Assembly: GCF_009914755.1 (NCBI RefSeq)
Contig: NC_060936.1
Direction: 5' to 3' (one strand)
DNA length: 64,000 nucleotides
From: the human T2T-CHM13v2.0 reference genome, Homo sapiens
Under the pieces are notes generated by a model, which saw only the letters and a list, made by a program, of their open reading frames with translations, was not told the origin of the DNA and made no database searches. Each line of letters starts with the position of its first letter. Positions within the stretch are counted from its first letter, which is position 1. The translations under genes were made by a program, and so were the position numbers. Shown in pieces: positions 61,440-64,000 of the stretch.

Positions 61440-62290
61440 GTTATTGAAAATTACCTGGTTCATGGGAGCCAGGCTCTGTGCTAGGCACTGGGAATGCAAA
61501 GCCAACTGAGATATGGGGCTCTGCTCTGCAGGAGCTGGTGGTCTAAAAGGGTGAGGCAGCCGTGGAAACAGATACAGGGCCAAACAGTGAGGTCAAACGC
61601 TGGGGCAGAAGGCTCTTCAGGGGACTGTGGGATCCCCGGAAAGTGGGGAGAGGAGGGGTCTCAGAAAACACCCAGCAGGAAGAGGTGCTTGAGCTGAGTC
61701 TTGGAAGCCGGCAGGTTTTCCTGGTTCCTAGGCCAGGCAGGGCACACCAGGCAGGGCACCCCAGGCAGGGGAGCTGGGCTGAGTGTGACACCACAGGGCG
61801 AGCTGGGGCTTGAACACAGGGTGCTGAGGGCAGGAGGGGTCTCAGGGAGGGGACGATCATGGAGGGCTGTCCTGCATGCCCATGCTAAGGAGTCTGGACC
61901 AGGGCCTGGAAGGATCCGATAAGCCCCCGAAGGGTTTCATTAGGAGAACAACCAGAGCAGACCTGCACTTTAAAATGACAGCTCCCTGTTCTGCCTGTGG
62001 AGGACAGACGTGGCAGGATGGAGAAGGGCAGGCCTGAAGGCCGCTGGCCCGGTCAGCTGGGCTTGAACTAGGTGGAGGGAGCGAGGGCAGTTGTCTGAAC
62101 TAAGGCAGGAGCAGTGGGAAGGGCAGTGAGGTGAACATGAGGTTGAAATGACAGGTTCTGGTCTTTGGCTAGATGGGGCCGGATGAGGGCAGAAGTCTCC
62201 CAGGTTTCTGGCTTCAGTGGCTGGTGTAAGTGTTGGTGGAGCTGAACACAAGGGTGGAGGAGCGATCTCGGGAGAAAGATTATGAGTCAT
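61440..62290 (-). mobile_element. L2 fragment
   Basis: ccaggctctgtgctaggcactgggaatgc...ctcccaggtttctggct. Confidence 0.7.
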
Positions 62291-63074
62291 TGACAAATAT
62301 GGGGCGTCTCCCCAGACCCCACTATTTCATTTCCCACTGCACCCTCTTATCTAGATCCTTGGTATTTTTCACTGGTTTTGAGACAGTGCCTTCCTGTTGG
62401 GTCTTGTAAGGTCCAGTCTCTCTTCTTGTTGGAAGAGCCTGTGAATTCTTTCACTGCATGTTTATGAATAGCCTTCCCGGGCCAGGCACTGTGATGAGTT
62501 CCTTCTCCCATACAGCTCATGGCCTGGTACAGGGGGAGAAGGTGAAGGAAGAGATAGATGGTGAGGCTGATGGTTGTAGTCCAATATGCAGTGTGGTCTC
62601 ATAAGTGAAGAACAGGCTGCAAGGAGAACATTCCAGGACAGGCCTGCGATCTGGACTTCAGTGTTGAGGTGGTTTCCTAAAGAAATTGTCTGGGCTCAGC
62701 TGGATGTGCAAGGGCTCCTGAGTGACAGGCTGTGGAGAGGGGCTTCTCTGGGGCTGGAAGGAGCCAGTGCAGTGCCCGACCCTGTGGCATAGAACGTGAG
62801 AAGTGGGCAGCCTCTGCTTGAGAGGATGCCGAGGGTGGTCAGCAAGGATAACTAACGGTGGCAGGGCCTGACGGGGTCAGCTTGCACCAAGTTGGGTGGA
62901 GAACGAGTAGCTCCAGGCCTCCCACAGTGGACAGATCCTCAGGCCTGGAGGGGTGTCCTCCTGAAGGAGCATTCCCAGTCTCTGACGAATGAGGCCTGGG
63001 TCTCTGGCTGGAGTTGGAGTGGGTCTGTGTCTGGAGGGGGCACTTGGGCTCTGGAAAGAGGCTACAAACTCTAG

Positions 63075-63263
63075 ACTAGGCTGGGCAAACTATGGCCAGC
63101 TCCTGTTTTATCAGAATGCACCTTTATATTCTCCTTCATGTATGTATTGTCCATGGTTGCTTTAGTGAGTTGAGTGGTTGCAACAGAGATCACATGGCCT
63201 GCAAAGCTTCAAACATTTCCTAACTGGCTTTTTATGGAAAAGGTTTCCCAAGCCCTGCTCTAA
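63075..63263. mobile_element. MER58A-type hAT element
   Basis: agggctgggcaaactatggcc...catggcctgcaaagcttcaaacatt...agccctg. Confidence 0.7.
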
Positions 63264-63393
63264 ACTGGCAGGCAACTTTCTCAGAGATAGTTCAGGCCTA
63301 GTCTCCATGTGTGGACAAGATGAGCCCATACCGTGAAGCTGGATCTCCCAAAACGCACATCTGTCTCAGGTCTTATAAAGCTGTGAATCATTA

Positions 63394-63697
63394 AGTGTGT
63401 GAACATACATGTGGTCATGTGTGAATATGCATGTGGTCACCTGAGCACACATATGGTCGTATATTAACATGCATGTGGTCACATGTGAATGTGCATATGG
63501 TGGCATGTAAGATGCACATGGTCATGTGAACATGCATATGGCTGTGTGAATATACATATGGTCCTGTGAACATACATATAGTTGTGTGTGAACATGCACG
63601 TGGTTATGTGTGAACATGCATATGGTTGTGGGAACATAGATATGGTCATGTGAGAACATGCATGTGGTTTGTTTGACGCATGTGGTCATGTGATGTG
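63394..63697. repeat. Degenerate ~20-24 bp minisatellite (tgtgaacatgcatatggtca)
   Basis: About 13 imperfect units read directly. Confidence 0.85.
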
Positions 63698-64000
63698 AGC
63701 TTGAGGTGCACCGTCAGGCTGGGATGGGCCTTCCCAGGGTGGACTCAGCCCCTTGCTGCAAGAGACCACTTCCTGAATCCTGGTCCTAAGCCTGTGAGCC
63801 TTTGCTCGGCACCAAGAAGCAACTCTGTTGATACCGACTGAGATTCAGATGCCTGAACCTGACCTTCTACACACGTGGCCCTAGTGGATCATTCCAGCCT
63901 CAGTTTCCACGTCTCCCCAAATGCCTGCTAAATGTGTCAGCCAAACCTGACTACTTCCCATTCTGCACACATACCTTCTCCACCTTGGTGGCCGAATCCT

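Overview
Primate (human-like) genomic DNA with no intact protein-coding gene. It is dominated by repeats (Alu, L1, L2, MIR, MLT/MER LTRs), most of them on the minus strand. Main points: (1) A ~1.8 kb direct duplication (28.65-30.48 kb and 49.08-50.95 kb). Each copy pairs an ERV1 solo LTR with a near-identical cluster of four MYB-type motifs that keep their CpGs, which is what an A-MYB-driven pachytene-piRNA or testis lncRNA promoter looks like (inference). (2) A decayed, intron-containing C2orf81/DUF4639-like gene remnant at 17.6-18.6 kb that the ORF track misses. (3) An exon-less, diverged paralog of WASH intron 1 and the MIR1302 region at ~1-10.8 kb, with a deleted HERV-T (HERVS71/LTR6) provirus where the WASH CpG promoter would be. 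(4) A rare SVA2 element, a MER11 solo LTR with a perfect target-site duplication (TSD), and a 4.9 kb L1PA. Family and locus names are recognised from memory, not from searches, and repeat boundaries are approximate unless a TSD is quoted.
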